Counted from the stretch's first letter, positions 18,380 through 29,461 are shown. The stretch: DNA of 64,000 bases from Opitutaceae bacterium (GCA_027310745.1 DAIDAF010000013.1:36460-100459), one strand, 5' to 3'. Made by a program: numbers and translations. The notes: a model not told the origin generated them from the sequence alone.

Positions 18380-19641
18380 GGCGTGTGGTCCCCGGCCGGG
18401 CCCGGGATCGGGGTTACGCTGGGCACTCCTTCGTCCAGGACGAAATGGCCTGCGTTGTATTCCTTTCTCAGTTCCCACGGTGCGGGATGATTTACCCGTG
18501 ATTCACTGGCAAAGACCAGGCCATCAGCCAGGTAATGGTCGGGCCCTGAACCATGCAGGGTGGTGCAGAGATCGAATCCGTAGTTTCCGGTGGCGAGATG
18601 CGGCATCCGGATCTTGAGCGTCACTTCGTACAGGCCGGGCTTGGCGGGAAGGCGCCAGCCGGAGAAGTGGCCGGGTGAATACAAACCGAGCGCGGTGCCG
18701 GACAGATCCGTGAGCGTCGCCTCGACTGAAGCCAGCGGATTGCCGTCCGTCTCCACCATCATCCTGACGAATGCGTGGTCGCCGCCGGGGAAGGTTGGGG
18801 TCTCCATTCCGGCCGCGTCGACCAGTGCCGCCCGTACGATGGTCGCATGCTGACCCGAGGAGGCCGTTCGGTCGGACCGAAGATTCCTCGTATACAGGTC
18901 GATCGCCTCGGCCGTGGGTCCGGCGAACTCGAGATGCCCCCGCTTGAGATACAGGCAGCGGGTCGTGAGAGACCTCACCGCATTGATGTTGTGGCTCACG
19001 AAGAGGATCGTTCGTCCGCTCCTCGACGCCTCGCTCATCTTTCCGAGGCACTTTTGCTGGAACGCGGCGTCGCCCACGGCGAGCACCTCGTCGACGATCA
19101 GGATTTCAGGCTCCATGTGGGCGGCCACCGCGAACGCCAGTCGTATGTACATCCCGCTGCTGTATCGTTTGACGGGCGTGTCGATGAACTGCTCCACCTC
19201 GGCGAAGGCGACGATCGCGTCGAATTTCCTCCTGATCTCGTCCCGAGGCATGCCCAGGATTGCGCCGTTGAGAAAGATATTGTCGCGTCCCGTGAGCTCC
19301 GGATGAAAGCCGGTGCCCACCTCCAGGAGGGACGAAACCCGGCCCCGAATGCGGATCGTGCCATGGGTTGGCTCCGTGATTCGCGAGAGGATCTTCAGGA
19401 GCGTCGATTTCCCGGCGCCGTTGCGGCCGATCACTCCGAGCACTTCCCCAGGCGCGACGGAAAAATTCACGTCGCGCAAGGCCCAGAATTCCTCGGTTGC
19501 CAGGGATCCGCCGCGACCGCCAAGCGCCTTGAGAAGGCCGCGGGTCCGGTGGGCGAGCTGATCGCGCAACGTGTCGTGACGGACGTGCCCCAGCATGTAC
19601 CGCTTTGAAAGACTTTCGACCGATATCGCAGGAGATTCCAT
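18376..19641 (-). CDS. wzt: Polysaccharide/O-antigen ABC exporter ATP-binding protein with C-terminal extension
   Basis: 421 aa. Walker A GRNGAGKST, signature YSSGMYIRLAFA and Walker B ILIVDEVLAVGD. An extra ~160-aa C-terminal beta-rich domain follows, as in Wzt_C. Confidence 0.88.
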   Translation of the reverse strand: MESPAISVESLSKRYMLGHVRHDTLRDQLAHRTRGLLKALGGRGGSLATEEFWALRDVNFSVAPGEVLGVIGRNGAGKSTLLKILSRITEPTHGTIRIRGRVSSLLEVGTGFHPELTGRDNIFLNGAILGMPRDEIRRKFDAIVAFAEVEQFIDTPVKRYSSGMYIRLAFAVAAHMEPEILIVDEVLAVGDAAFQQKCLGKMSEASRSGRTILFVSHNINAVRSLTTRCLYLKRGHLEFAGPTAEAIDLYTRNLRSDRTASSGQHATIVRAALVDAAGMETPTFPGGDHAFVRMMVETDGNPLASVEATLTDLSGTALGLYSPGHFSGWRLPAKPGLYEVTLKIRMPHLATGNYGFDLCTTLHGSGPDHYLADGLVFASESRVNHPAPWELRKEYNAGHFVLDEGVPSVTPIPGPAGDHTP

Positions 19642-19650
19642 GAATCGGGA

Positions 19651-20475
19651 TCAGATGATGTCTGCGAATCGACGCTCGGTGCCCCGGAAATACCAGAGTC
19701 CGGTGATTACCAGCAGGAGTCCGGCCCCGCAGGACATGAGGAGACTCTGCTCGCTCAATTCCATGCCGCCCCCGAGGATGCACCATCGGAAACCCTGGAT
19801 CATGCCGGTGAGCGGATTGAGCGAAAGTATCGTCTGCCAGCGGGGAAGATTGTCGGTGCGGAATCCGACGGGTGTGATGAAGATGCCGATCTGCAGGATG
19901 AACGGCGCGATGAATCGAAAGTCTCGATACTGGACTGTGAGGGCGGTGATCCAGAGACCCGCACCAAAGGCGATGACCAGTGCTCCCAGGATGAATACGG
20001 GCAGGACCAGAAGCCGCCAGGTCGGAAAAACTCCGTAGACTGCCGCAAACGGCAGCGTCAGTGCCAGGGGGATCATCATGTCCACGACCGCCACCGCAAG
20101 CGACGACAGCGGGACGATCAGCCTTGGAAAATAGACTTTGGAAATCAGGTTGGAGTTGCTGACGAGGCTGCCTCCTGCGCCGCTGAACGCCGAGGCGAAG
20201 AGTTGCCAAGGGAGCAGGCCGGCGAGAACCAGGAGCGGATAGGGGATCGTTCCATTGGGCATCTTCGCAAGCTTCCCGAAGACAAAGGTGAGCAGCATGG
20301 TCTGGACAAGTGGCTGGATGACCGCCCACCCGGCGCCGAGCACGGCCTGCTTGTAACGGACTTTGACGTCGCGCCAGGCCAGAAATCCCAGCAGCTCGCG
20401 GTAGCGCCAGAGGTCGCGCCAGTAGTGGGCTTCGCTTCTTCCTGCGACAATGGTTATCTCGGGGCCCTCGTTCAT
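19651..20475 (-). CDS. wzm: ABC-2 type polysaccharide exporter permease
   Basis: 274 aa with 6 hydrophobic segments and an N-terminal YWRDLWRYRELL motif typical of Wzm/TagG/KpsM permeases. ATGA overlap with the upstream GT4 stop (20472-20475). Confidence 0.88.
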   Translation of the reverse strand: MNEGPEITIVAGRSEAHYWRDLWRYRELLGFLAWRDVKVRYKQAVLGAGWAVIQPLVQTMLLTFVFGKLAKMPNGTIPYPLLVLAGLLPWQLFASAFSGAGGSLVSNSNLISKVYFPRLIVPLSSLAVAVVDMMIPLALTLPFAAVYGVFPTWRLLVLPVFILGALVIAFGAGLWITALTVQYRDFRFIAPFILQIGIFITPVGFRTDNLPRWQTILSLNPLTGMIQGFRWCILGGGMELSEQSLLMSCGAGLLLVITGLWYFRGTERRFADII

Positions 20476-21557
20476 GCGATACGGGTGGAGTTGAGCGCGG
20501 CGTCAAGCCGCCCGCGGAACCGTTCAAATGAGAAATCACGCACTCGGGCAAGGATGGTGTCGGGGTTCCAGCTCCGATGCAGGCCCTCCGCGCAGGCCGC
20601 CGCGATTCCCGGTACGTCGCCGTACTCGCAGAGCAAGCCAGTGTCGGGTGTGATCACTTCGGGAATGCCCCCAGCACGCGCACCGAGACAGGGACGGCCC
20701 TGCGCCATAGCCTCCAGGAACACGAGGCCGAAGCCCTCTTTCTTCGAGGGTAGCGCAAAAAGGGTGCATTGGGCCAGCTGGCGCTGGAGCTCGTCGTCCT
20801 CCACGAAGCCGAGCATCTGGACTTCTTGGAACAGGCCAAGGTCGTTCGCCAACCGCCGGAGGCGCAGCGCATCGTCCCCGTGGCCGATGATCCGAAGCGT
20901 AGCATCCGGAATTTCCTTACGGACCAGGGGCATCGCCTCGATCAGGGTGTCGATTCCTTTGTAGATGTCCGCGCGCGTGAGGCGGGCGACCGTCAGAATG
21001 ACGGGTGGCTTTGGCGGCGGTGTCGCGGTCGCCGCAATGGGGAAAAAGGCGTCGAGTCCATTTGGGACGATCACCATGCGGTCCTCAGGCACCGGGTAAT
21101 ACTCGTGCATCGTCCGACGGGTATAGTCGCTGATGCACAGCACGCGGCGCACGAACCGCAGTGCGGCCCGTTCAGCCAGCGAAAAGGGCCGCCAGACCTC
21201 GATTCCGTGCGCCACCACATCGTAGGTCAGTCGGGGATTCCGAAGCTTGAGCGCAAGCGCGACGGGAAGCTGCGCGACGTGGCCGCACACGACGTGGTCG
21301 CATTTTCTCCCGTGTCTAAGCGCCGCTCGTACGAAACGCGCCTTGTGGCCGCTGCACACCTCCCAGGCCTCCAGGCGGTCGTTCGAATAGCGGCGCAACT
21401 CGGTCGAGTCCGGGGACGAATCGTTGAGGGCCACAAGCCTCACTTGGCCGTCCCGCTCGGCGGCGATGTCACAGAGTGCCTTCAGGTAGAGCCGCAGGAT
21501 CCTGGGGATGCCTCCATTGGGAGTGAAAATCTCGGGGGCAAGGACGAGAGTCTTCAT
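20472..21557 (-). CDS. GT4-family glycosyltransferase
   Basis: ORF trimmed to the ATG at 21557 (MKTLVLAPEIFTPNGGIPR). EGFGLVFLEAMAQGRPCLGARAGGIPEVI motif. TGATG overlap with the asnB stop. Confidence 0.85.
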   Translation of the reverse strand: MKTLVLAPEIFTPNGGIPRILRLYLKALCDIAAERDGQVRLVALNDSSPDSTELRRYSNDRLEAWEVCSGHKARFVRAALRHGRKCDHVVCGHVAQLPVALALKLRNPRLTYDVVAHGIEVWRPFSLAERAALRFVRRVLCISDYTRRTMHEYYPVPEDRMVIVPNGLDAFFPIAATATPPPKPPVILTVARLTRADIYKGIDTLIEAMPLVRKEIPDATLRIIGHGDDALRLRRLANDLGLFQEVQMLGFVEDDELQRQLAQCTLFALPSKKEGFGLVFLEAMAQGRPCLGARAGGIPEVITPDTGLLCEYGDVPGIAAACAEGLHRSWNPDTILARVRDFSFERFRGRLDAALNSTRIA

Positions 21558-23443
21558 CAGGCGCTCCGTCGGTTTACGAACTGGATCAGAATTGCCAAGC
21601 TCCAGACGCGCGACCACTCGCGGGGATCGTCCGATTCGAGGAAGCCACGCCACCGCTCTCGGGCGGCCGCGGCGTCGAACAGGCCGCTCCGGCCCAGGCT
21701 GGACTCGGAGTAACAGTCTTCAAGGAAGGGACGGAGTTCACGTTTCATCCAGACTGCGAACGGGAGCGTGAAACCCTTTTTCTTCCGCCCGCGAAGCAGC
21801 GGCGGGAGCATGTCGCCGACGGCATCTTCGAGCGCCGCCTTCGGATGATGCGGGGTGAATTTGAAGTGCGCAGGCTGATGCCAGAGCCACTCGATGAACG
21901 TGCGATCGATGAACGGCACGCGCAGCTCGATCGAGTGCCGCATGCTCATCACGTCGCTGTCGTGCAGCAGCACGTCTGCCATATAGGTCCGCAGTTCCCA
22001 GGCGCTGATGGCTTGGAGGTCCGGCTGGCCTGCAAGCTCGCGCGAGAGCAGCGGAAGCTGGGGATGGAAGGGCGTGTAGCGGTTCCGCAGCTGCGCACGG
22101 GCATCGGGCGAAAGCAGTGTCGCCTGTGCCGGAATCGTGAACACTCGTCGCTGCAGGGCCCCGAGTTCCTGGAGGGTCCGGGCGTGTTCCAGAAAATCGG
22201 CGAGCTTTCGCTGCTGGACTCCCCCTCGCCTGAGCCGGCTTACGACGGCTGCCCGAACGAAGGCGGGAAGGCTCCACCATGCCGGCAGCCAGCGCTTCAG
22301 CTTCGGCAATACCTTGAAGGACGGATAGCCACCGAACAACTCGTCGCCGCCCAGCCCGGAAAGGACGACCGTCACGCCGCCGTCGCGCGCGGCCAGGCTG
22401 GCGTAGTAGGTGTTGATGCCGTCGCCCGAGGGGTGATCCAGCGAGTCGAGAATCCGATTGATGTCTGCGGCCACCCGCCGGCCCGTCAACACGAACGGAT
22501 GGTGGTCGGTGCCGAGGAACCGGGCCGTCTCCCCGGCGGCCTCGCCCTCGGAGAAGGCGCGTTCCTCGAATTCGATTGAAAAGGTCTTCAGCCGGGAGCC
22601 CGAGACCTTCGTCATCAGTCCCGTGATGACCGCCGAATCCAGCCCCCCGGAAAGGAATGCCCCGACCGGAACGTCGGCCGCGACATGCGCGCGAATCGTA
22701 TCCTCAAGGCGGTGACGCAACTCGCCGTTGAATTCGGCCTGCGTGGAACAGACGGTGCCGGAGGAGGGGCGGTTGAAGGTCCAGGAGGACGCGATCGTGA
22801 GCACGTCGTCCCGCAGGACCGCGTATTCGCCCGGTCGAAGGCTCATCACGCCGCGATAGATCGTCCGAGGCGCGGGTACCGCAAACCACGCCAGGTATTC
22901 CAGCGTCGACGAGGGATCGATTTCGCGGCGAACCACCCCCGACGCGAACAAGGCATTCAGTTCCGATGCGAAGAGGAGACGGCCGTTTTCGCGGAGGTAG
23001 TAGAGCGGTTTGATGCCAAAGGGATCGCGCGCAATCACCAGTTCCCGTTCAACCGAGTCCCACACCGCAAATGCGTACATGCCCCGGAGCCGGTCTAGCG
23101 CACCCACGCCCCAGTGAACGTAGGCTGCCAGCAGGACCTCCGTGTCGCAGTGGGTCGAGAATCGAAAGCCCGCCGCCTCGAGTTCCGTCCGAAGGGCCAG
23201 GAAGTTGTAGATCGCCCCGTTGAAGACGATGGAGTACCTGCCGTCCGCGCTGTGCATCGGCTGGTGGCCGTGTGCAGGGTCGAAAATCGCCAGCCGCCGC
23301 ATGCCCATCGTCAGCGGTCCACTGCTCACAGAACCCTCGTCCGTCGGTCCGCGATGAAGCATGGCCTGGCACATCCGGCCAACAGCCCGCTCGCGTCCGT
23401 CGCGCGACGCGGTGGAGTCAATCAATCCTGCGATGCCGCACAT
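21557..23443 (-). CDS. asnB: Asparagine synthase (glutamine-hydrolysing) family amidotransferase
   Basis: 628 aa. MCGIAG N-terminal nucleophile Cys and the PP-loop FLSGGLDSAVI. It is the first gene of the glycan locus. Confidence 0.9.
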   Translation of the reverse strand: MCGIAGLIDSTASRDGRERAVGRMCQAMLHRGPTDEGSVSSGPLTMGMRRLAIFDPAHGHQPMHSADGRYSIVFNGAIYNFLALRTELEAAGFRFSTHCDTEVLLAAYVHWGVGALDRLRGMYAFAVWDSVERELVIARDPFGIKPLYYLRENGRLLFASELNALFASGVVRREIDPSSTLEYLAWFAVPAPRTIYRGVMSLRPGEYAVLRDDVLTIASSWTFNRPSSGTVCSTQAEFNGELRHRLEDTIRAHVAADVPVGAFLSGGLDSAVITGLMTKVSGSRLKTFSIEFEERAFSEGEAAGETARFLGTDHHPFVLTGRRVAADINRILDSLDHPSGDGINTYYASLAARDGGVTVVLSGLGGDELFGGYPSFKVLPKLKRWLPAWWSLPAFVRAAVVSRLRRGGVQQRKLADFLEHARTLQELGALQRRVFTIPAQATLLSPDARAQLRNRYTPFHPQLPLLSRELAGQPDLQAISAWELRTYMADVLLHDSDVMSMRHSIELRVPFIDRTFIEWLWHQPAHFKFTPHHPKAALEDAVGDMLPPLLRGRKKKGFTLPFAVWMKRELRPFLEDCYSESSLGRSGLFDAAAARERWRGFLESDDPREWSRVWSLAILIQFVNRRSA

Positions 23444-23709
23444 GCTCGTGTTCGTTTGCTAACCCCACGGCTTCGCCCCGTCGCGTCCGGCCGTCGGACA
23501 CAACCGCGGGGTGTGGTTCGGGTATTTTCGACGATCAAGCGGAGGCCGATCTAGGGTAAAGACCCTAACGGAATGCGCAAAAAGGCAAGCCTTCGGCTCT
23601 TAGGCATTTCGGACTGAAATCGCCGAGAGTGAAGGGCGATTTGAGGGCATTTACCGAAGCGTCCGACCGGTAGCTGGATATGCAATTTGAGGACCGAAAC
23701 GGCGAGGGC

Positions 23710-24249
23710 TCAGAAGACGATCGAGTTCGCGATTGACGCCGATTTCTCGGGTGAAAATAGACGGCTCACGAGTTCGAGGCCGAAATCGAGTGCCGTCCCG
23801 GCGCCCCTCGAGGTGATCAGTCGACCGTCCACAACGACGCGTTCGTCGGCTATGATCCGGGTCAATTCACCGGCGACCGATGGGTGGGCGGTGTAGCGTT
23901 TTCCCTCAAGAAGCCCCGCGTCATGGAGCACCGTGGGGGCTGCGCAGATCGCCGCGATCCACGCTTTCCGCGAAGCCTGCCTGAGGGCCAGGTCGCGCAC
24001 GCGGGCGTCGGCCCGTAGTTCCTTCACGCCGGGCCCACCTGGGAGGAAAAGGCAGTCATAAGTCCGATCCAGGCACGCTGCCAGGCTGGCGTCCGCATGC
24101 ACTCCGATTCCGCTGCGGCCCCTGACATTCGGGTCGGGCGTGAGTGAGGCGAGCGTGACGTCGGCACCGGCGCGACGGAGAAGGTCGACGGGGGCCACGG
24201 CCTCGATCTCCTCGAAGCCGGGAGCGAGAATTGCGAGTACGGAAGGCAT
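23710..24249 (-). CDS. DJ-1/PfpI (ThiJ) family protein
   Basis: ORF trimmed to the ATG at 24249 (MPSVLAILAPGFEEIEA). FLPGGPG and the nucleophile-elbow AAICAAP motifs. Confidence 0.85.
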   Translation of the reverse strand: MPSVLAILAPGFEEIEAVAPVDLLRRAGADVTLASLTPDPNVRGRSGIGVHADASLAACLDRTYDCLFLPGGPGVKELRADARVRDLALRQASRKAWIAAICAAPTVLHDAGLLEGKRYTAHPSVAGELTRIIADERVVVDGRLITSRGAGTALDFGLELVSRLFSPEKSASIANSIVF

Positions 24250-24266
24250 ATGCTCACTTTGTTCCC

Positions 24267-25172
24267 ATGGGAACGAGCGTGCAGCACAATTTTTCCGGAT
24301 GGCGTGTCGCAGTCTTCGGTGCGGGTTACGTGGGATCGGCCGTTGTGCGGCAGGTTGTCTCGCGGGGGGCATCGGTGGTCGCGGTCACGCGTAATCCCGT
24401 CACCGCGGACGCGCTCCGCATGGTTGGAGCCGAGGTGTGTATCGCCGATCTTGCGGAAGCGCGCTGGCACGGACGGCTGGAAGGCGACTTTGACCTGGTC
24501 GTGAACTGTGTTGGGGCGGGCGGAGGCGGGATTGACGGTTACCGAAGAAGCTACCTTGAGGGCATGCACTCGGTCCTGCGCTGGTGCTCCGAGCGCACGA
24601 CTGGCGCCCTGGTCTACACCAGCAGCACCTCCGTCTATGCCCAGGGTGGCGGGGTTCGCGTGGACGAGTCGTCGCCCGCCAGGGGACGCAATCCCCGGTC
24701 CGCTGTGCTCGTCGAGACCGAGGAATCCCTGATGTCGTCGGACGCTGCGATCCGTCGCCGGGTGGTGTTGCGCTTAGCCGGAATTTACGGCCCGAACCGG
24801 CACCTGCTCCTGGACCAGCTGAGGGCCGGTGCCGAAGCCATTGCGGGTTCGGCGGAGCAGCATTTGAACCTGATCCACCGCGACGACGTGGTACGGGCGA
24901 TCCTCGTGGTGGCCACCGAGCCGGGGCTGCCTGAGCGCGCGATCTTCAACGTCAGCGACGGCGGCGAGGCGAGCCGGGGAGAGGTCGTCGCGTGGCTCTG
25001 CGAACGGCTTGAACGTCCCGTTCCCGTCTTCGGAGGCGAGCCCTCGGAGGGCGCACGGGGGCCTGTGCCGGACCGGGTGATCGTGTCCGGGCTCTTGCGC
25101 GAGCGCACGAGCTGGCGGCCGGAGTATCCGAGCTTCCGCGACGGATACTCCGCGATCCTGGCGTCCTCCTGA
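24267..25172 (+). CDS. NAD(P)-binding SDR / epimerase-family oxidoreductase
   Basis: ATG at 24267. VAVFGAGYVGSAV Rossmann motif. About 300 aa. Confidence 0.75.
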   Translation: MGTSVQHNFSGWRVAVFGAGYVGSAVVRQVVSRGASVVAVTRNPVTADALRMVGAEVCIADLAEARWHGRLEGDFDLVVNCVGAGGGGIDGYRRSYLEGMHSVLRWCSERTTGALVYTSSTSVYAQGGGVRVDESSPARGRNPRSAVLVETEESLMSSDAAIRRRVVLRLAGIYGPNRHLLLDQLRAGAEAIAGSAEQHLNLIHRDDVVRAILVVATEPGLPERAIFNVSDGGEASRGEVVAWLCERLERPVPVFGGEPSEGARGPVPDRVIVSGLLRERTSWRPEYPSFRDGYSAILASS

Positions 25173-25203
25173 GGGAGGCGCCGGGGCGGTCGCGTGGCGC
25201 GGC

Positions 25204-27030
<1,827 letters not shown>

Positions 27031-27264
27031 GGAGCAGGAGCGTAAAGTGTCGGACAAAGCCTGCCAACCTGCTGGGCGCGTCGGCCGAAAGCAAGGAGGA
27101 AGGAGAAGCCCCGCCTGTCGGAGTCCATAAGGCACTCTCATTGGCGCATACGGTGTCCCGATTTCGGGGGACACGGCCAAAAAAGTCTTCTCGAAGCGGA
27201 GACAACGGCTTACAAGCGGCTCCGCCATTTCCCCCCTGTTAACCCGCTAACCCCTCGTTCCTGT

Positions 27265-29202
27265 ATGGAAATCATCCAACTCGGATGGATCGATTACGCG
27301 ATCCTCCTCTCCTACACCGCGTTCGTGATAGGCATCGGCTTCGCATTGAAGCGGTACATGAAAAGCTCGTCCGACTACCTGATGTCGGGCCGTTCGATCC
27401 CCGCGTGGGTCACGGGACTCGCGTTCATCTCCGCCAACCTGGGGGCGCTTGAACTTGTGGGCATGGCTGCCAGTGGTGCGAAGTATGGCATCGCCACCTG
27501 TCACTTCTACTGGGTGGGCGCCATTCCCGCCATGATCTTCCTGGCGGTGTTCATGATGCCGTTCTACTACGGCTCCCGCGCCCGCTCGGTGCCCGAATAC
27601 CTGAAACTGCGATTCGACGAACGCACCCGCTGCTTCAATTCGCTCACGTTCGCCGTGATGACGGTCTTCGCCTCGGGCATTGCGATGAACGCGCTCGCGA
27701 AGCTGCTCAATCTGCTGCTCGGCTGGGACTACAATGTGAGCCTTGTGATCTGCTCGGTCGTAGTGCTCGCCTACGTGCTCAAGGGCGGTCTCACGTCCGC
27801 AATCTACACGGAAGTGCTCCAGTTCTTCATGATCGTACTCGGCTTTGCCCCGGTCGTGTATTTGGGGCTCAAGGACGTCGGCGGCTGGGAGGCCCTGAAG
27901 GCCAAGCTCGCCATGGTCGCAGCGCATCCGGCCAGCCTTGGCCTGGTCGCCGATGCACACAAGACCTTCGCAGCTGACGCGTGGACGAGCGCCTGGAAGC
28001 CGCTGTTGGGCGGACCTTCGGCGAATCCGATGGGCGTCGACTGGTTTGCGATGATCTTCGGCCTCGGGTTCGTGCTCTCGTTCGGTTACTGGTGCACCAA
28101 TTTCCTGGTGGTTCAGCGTGCCATGGCGGCCAAGAATATGAGCGCCGCACGCCGGACGCCGATCATCGCGGCAATCCCCAAGATGCTTTTCCCGGTGCTG
28201 GTCATCCTTCCCGGCATGATCGCAGTCGGCCTCTCGGTCACTGCAAAGGACCACTATCGCATCCCCCCCGCGCACCTCGACGACGCCAATCTGGCGGCCG
28301 CCGTACAGGTGGTTCGCCATGCAAGCCCGACCGACGCCAACCTCGTCGAAGAGGTTGCCGCCAAGACGGGCAAGCGGATGATCCCCGCGGACATCGAGGC
28401 TCTCGGCGGTGGCGCTGCCGCGGCGCTGACCGACAAGCAACTCTCCGACCGGATCCAGAACGCGGTTGCCGAAAACGATTATGACGGCGTCATCCTCTCG
28501 CTCGTGAAGCGTTATTGTCCGACCGGCCTACTGGGGCTCGCGCTCACGGCGCTGCTGGCATCGTTCATGTCGGGCATGGCCGGCAACGTCACGGCGTTCA
28601 ACACGGTCTGGACCTACGACCTTTATCAGGCCTATCTCGCGCCGAACAAGAGTGACTCCCACTACATGGGCATGGCCCGCTGGATCACGGTGGTGGGCAT
28701 CCTGCTCAGCATCGCGGCCGCTTATTTTGCGAAACGCTACAACAACGCAATGGACGTCATCCAGCTCGTGTTCGGCTTTGTGAACGCCCCGCTCTTCGCC
28801 ACCTTCCTGCTCGGCATGTTCTGGAAGCGTGCGACCTCGCACGGCGCGTTCTACGGACTGCTGGCCGGAACCGGCACTTCGGCCTTGTTCCACGCGCTGA
28901 CCATCAGCGCGGGAAATGCACCTGGAATCAAGGGCGGGTACCTTGCCGTTGTTCACGTCTTCCCCAGCGAAATGGCGCAGAACTTCTGGCTGGCCACCTT
29001 CGCGTTCGGCGTCTGCTTCATCCTCACCTTCGGCATCTCGCTGGTGACTGCCAGGACGAAGGACGACTCGGAGCTGAAGGGGCTCGTCTATTCCCTCACG
29101 CCCAAGATTCAGGACGAGGAGCAGTCGTGGTACATGCGTCCTGCCGTCGCCGGCTCGCTGCTGCTGGTGTGCTGCGTCATCATCAACGCCATCTTTTGGT
29201 AA
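27265..29202 (+). CDS. Sodium:solute symporter (SSS/SGLT) family transporter
   Basis: 645 aa. GRSIPAWVTGLAFISANLGALELVGMAASG motif and more than 13 TM segments. A ~90-aa hydrophilic insertion sits around residues 335-425. Confidence 0.85.
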   Translation: MEIIQLGWIDYAILLSYTAFVIGIGFALKRYMKSSSDYLMSGRSIPAWVTGLAFISANLGALELVGMAASGAKYGIATCHFYWVGAIPAMIFLAVFMMPFYYGSRARSVPEYLKLRFDERTRCFNSLTFAVMTVFASGIAMNALAKLLNLLLGWDYNVSLVICSVVVLAYVLKGGLTSAIYTEVLQFFMIVLGFAPVVYLGLKDVGGWEALKAKLAMVAAHPASLGLVADAHKTFAADAWTSAWKPLLGGPSANPMGVDWFAMIFGLGFVLSFGYWCTNFLVVQRAMAAKNMSAARRTPIIAAIPKMLFPVLVILPGMIAVGLSVTAKDHYRIPPAHLDDANLAAAVQVVRHASPTDANLVEEVAAKTGKRMIPADIEALGGGAAAALTDKQLSDRIQNAVAENDYDGVILSLVKRYCPTGLLGLALTALLASFMSGMAGNVTAFNTVWTYDLYQAYLAPNKSDSHYMGMARWITVVGILLSIAAAYFAKRYNNAMDVIQLVFGFVNAPLFATFLLGMFWKRATSHGAFYGLLAGTGTSALFHALTISAGNAPGIKGGYLAVVHVFPSEMAQNFWLATFAFGVCFILTFGISLVTARTKDDSELKGLVYSLTPKIQDEEQSWYMRPAVAGSLLLVCCVIINAIFW

Positions 29203-29223
29203 CCCTCAACCCCTCCTTCCATC

Positions 29224-29439
29224 ATGGGTCTCGATATCCGTTATCCGATCGGTTACATGTTCTCGCTCGTCGGAGTGCTGCTGGTGATCGCCAGCTTCAC
29301 CGACAATCCCGCCCAGCTGCACCGTTCGCTGGGGATCGACATCAACCTCTTCTGGGGTGCCTTCCTGGTGCTGTTCGGCGTGTTCATGCTGTTCATGGCG
29401 CAGCGCGCCAAGAAAGCCGCGCAGAACGAGCGCAAGTAA
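29224..29439 (+). CDS. Small two-TM membrane protein
   Basis: 71 aa with two hydrophobic helices and a basic tail. It lies 21 nt downstream of the symporter and is followed by a strong terminator. Confidence 0.55.
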   Translation: MGLDIRYPIGYMFSLVGVLLVIASFTDNPAQLHRSLGIDINLFWGAFLVLFGVFMLFMAQRAKKAAQNERK

Positions 29440-29461
29440 GCGAGGCATCCGCAACGATTGC

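Noticed and set aside
23585-23612. Weak hairpin plus T-run (gagccgaaggcttgccttttt on the minus strand) as a terminator for the DJ-1 gene
   Set aside because: The stem is only about 4 bp with a 3-nt loop, which is too weak to call.
23667-23674. CCGGTAGC resembling the ops/JUMPstart core (GGCGGTAG) upstream of the glycan operon
   Set aside because: It matches only 6 of 8 positions. It also lies on the plus strand, while the operon is transcribed on the minus strand.
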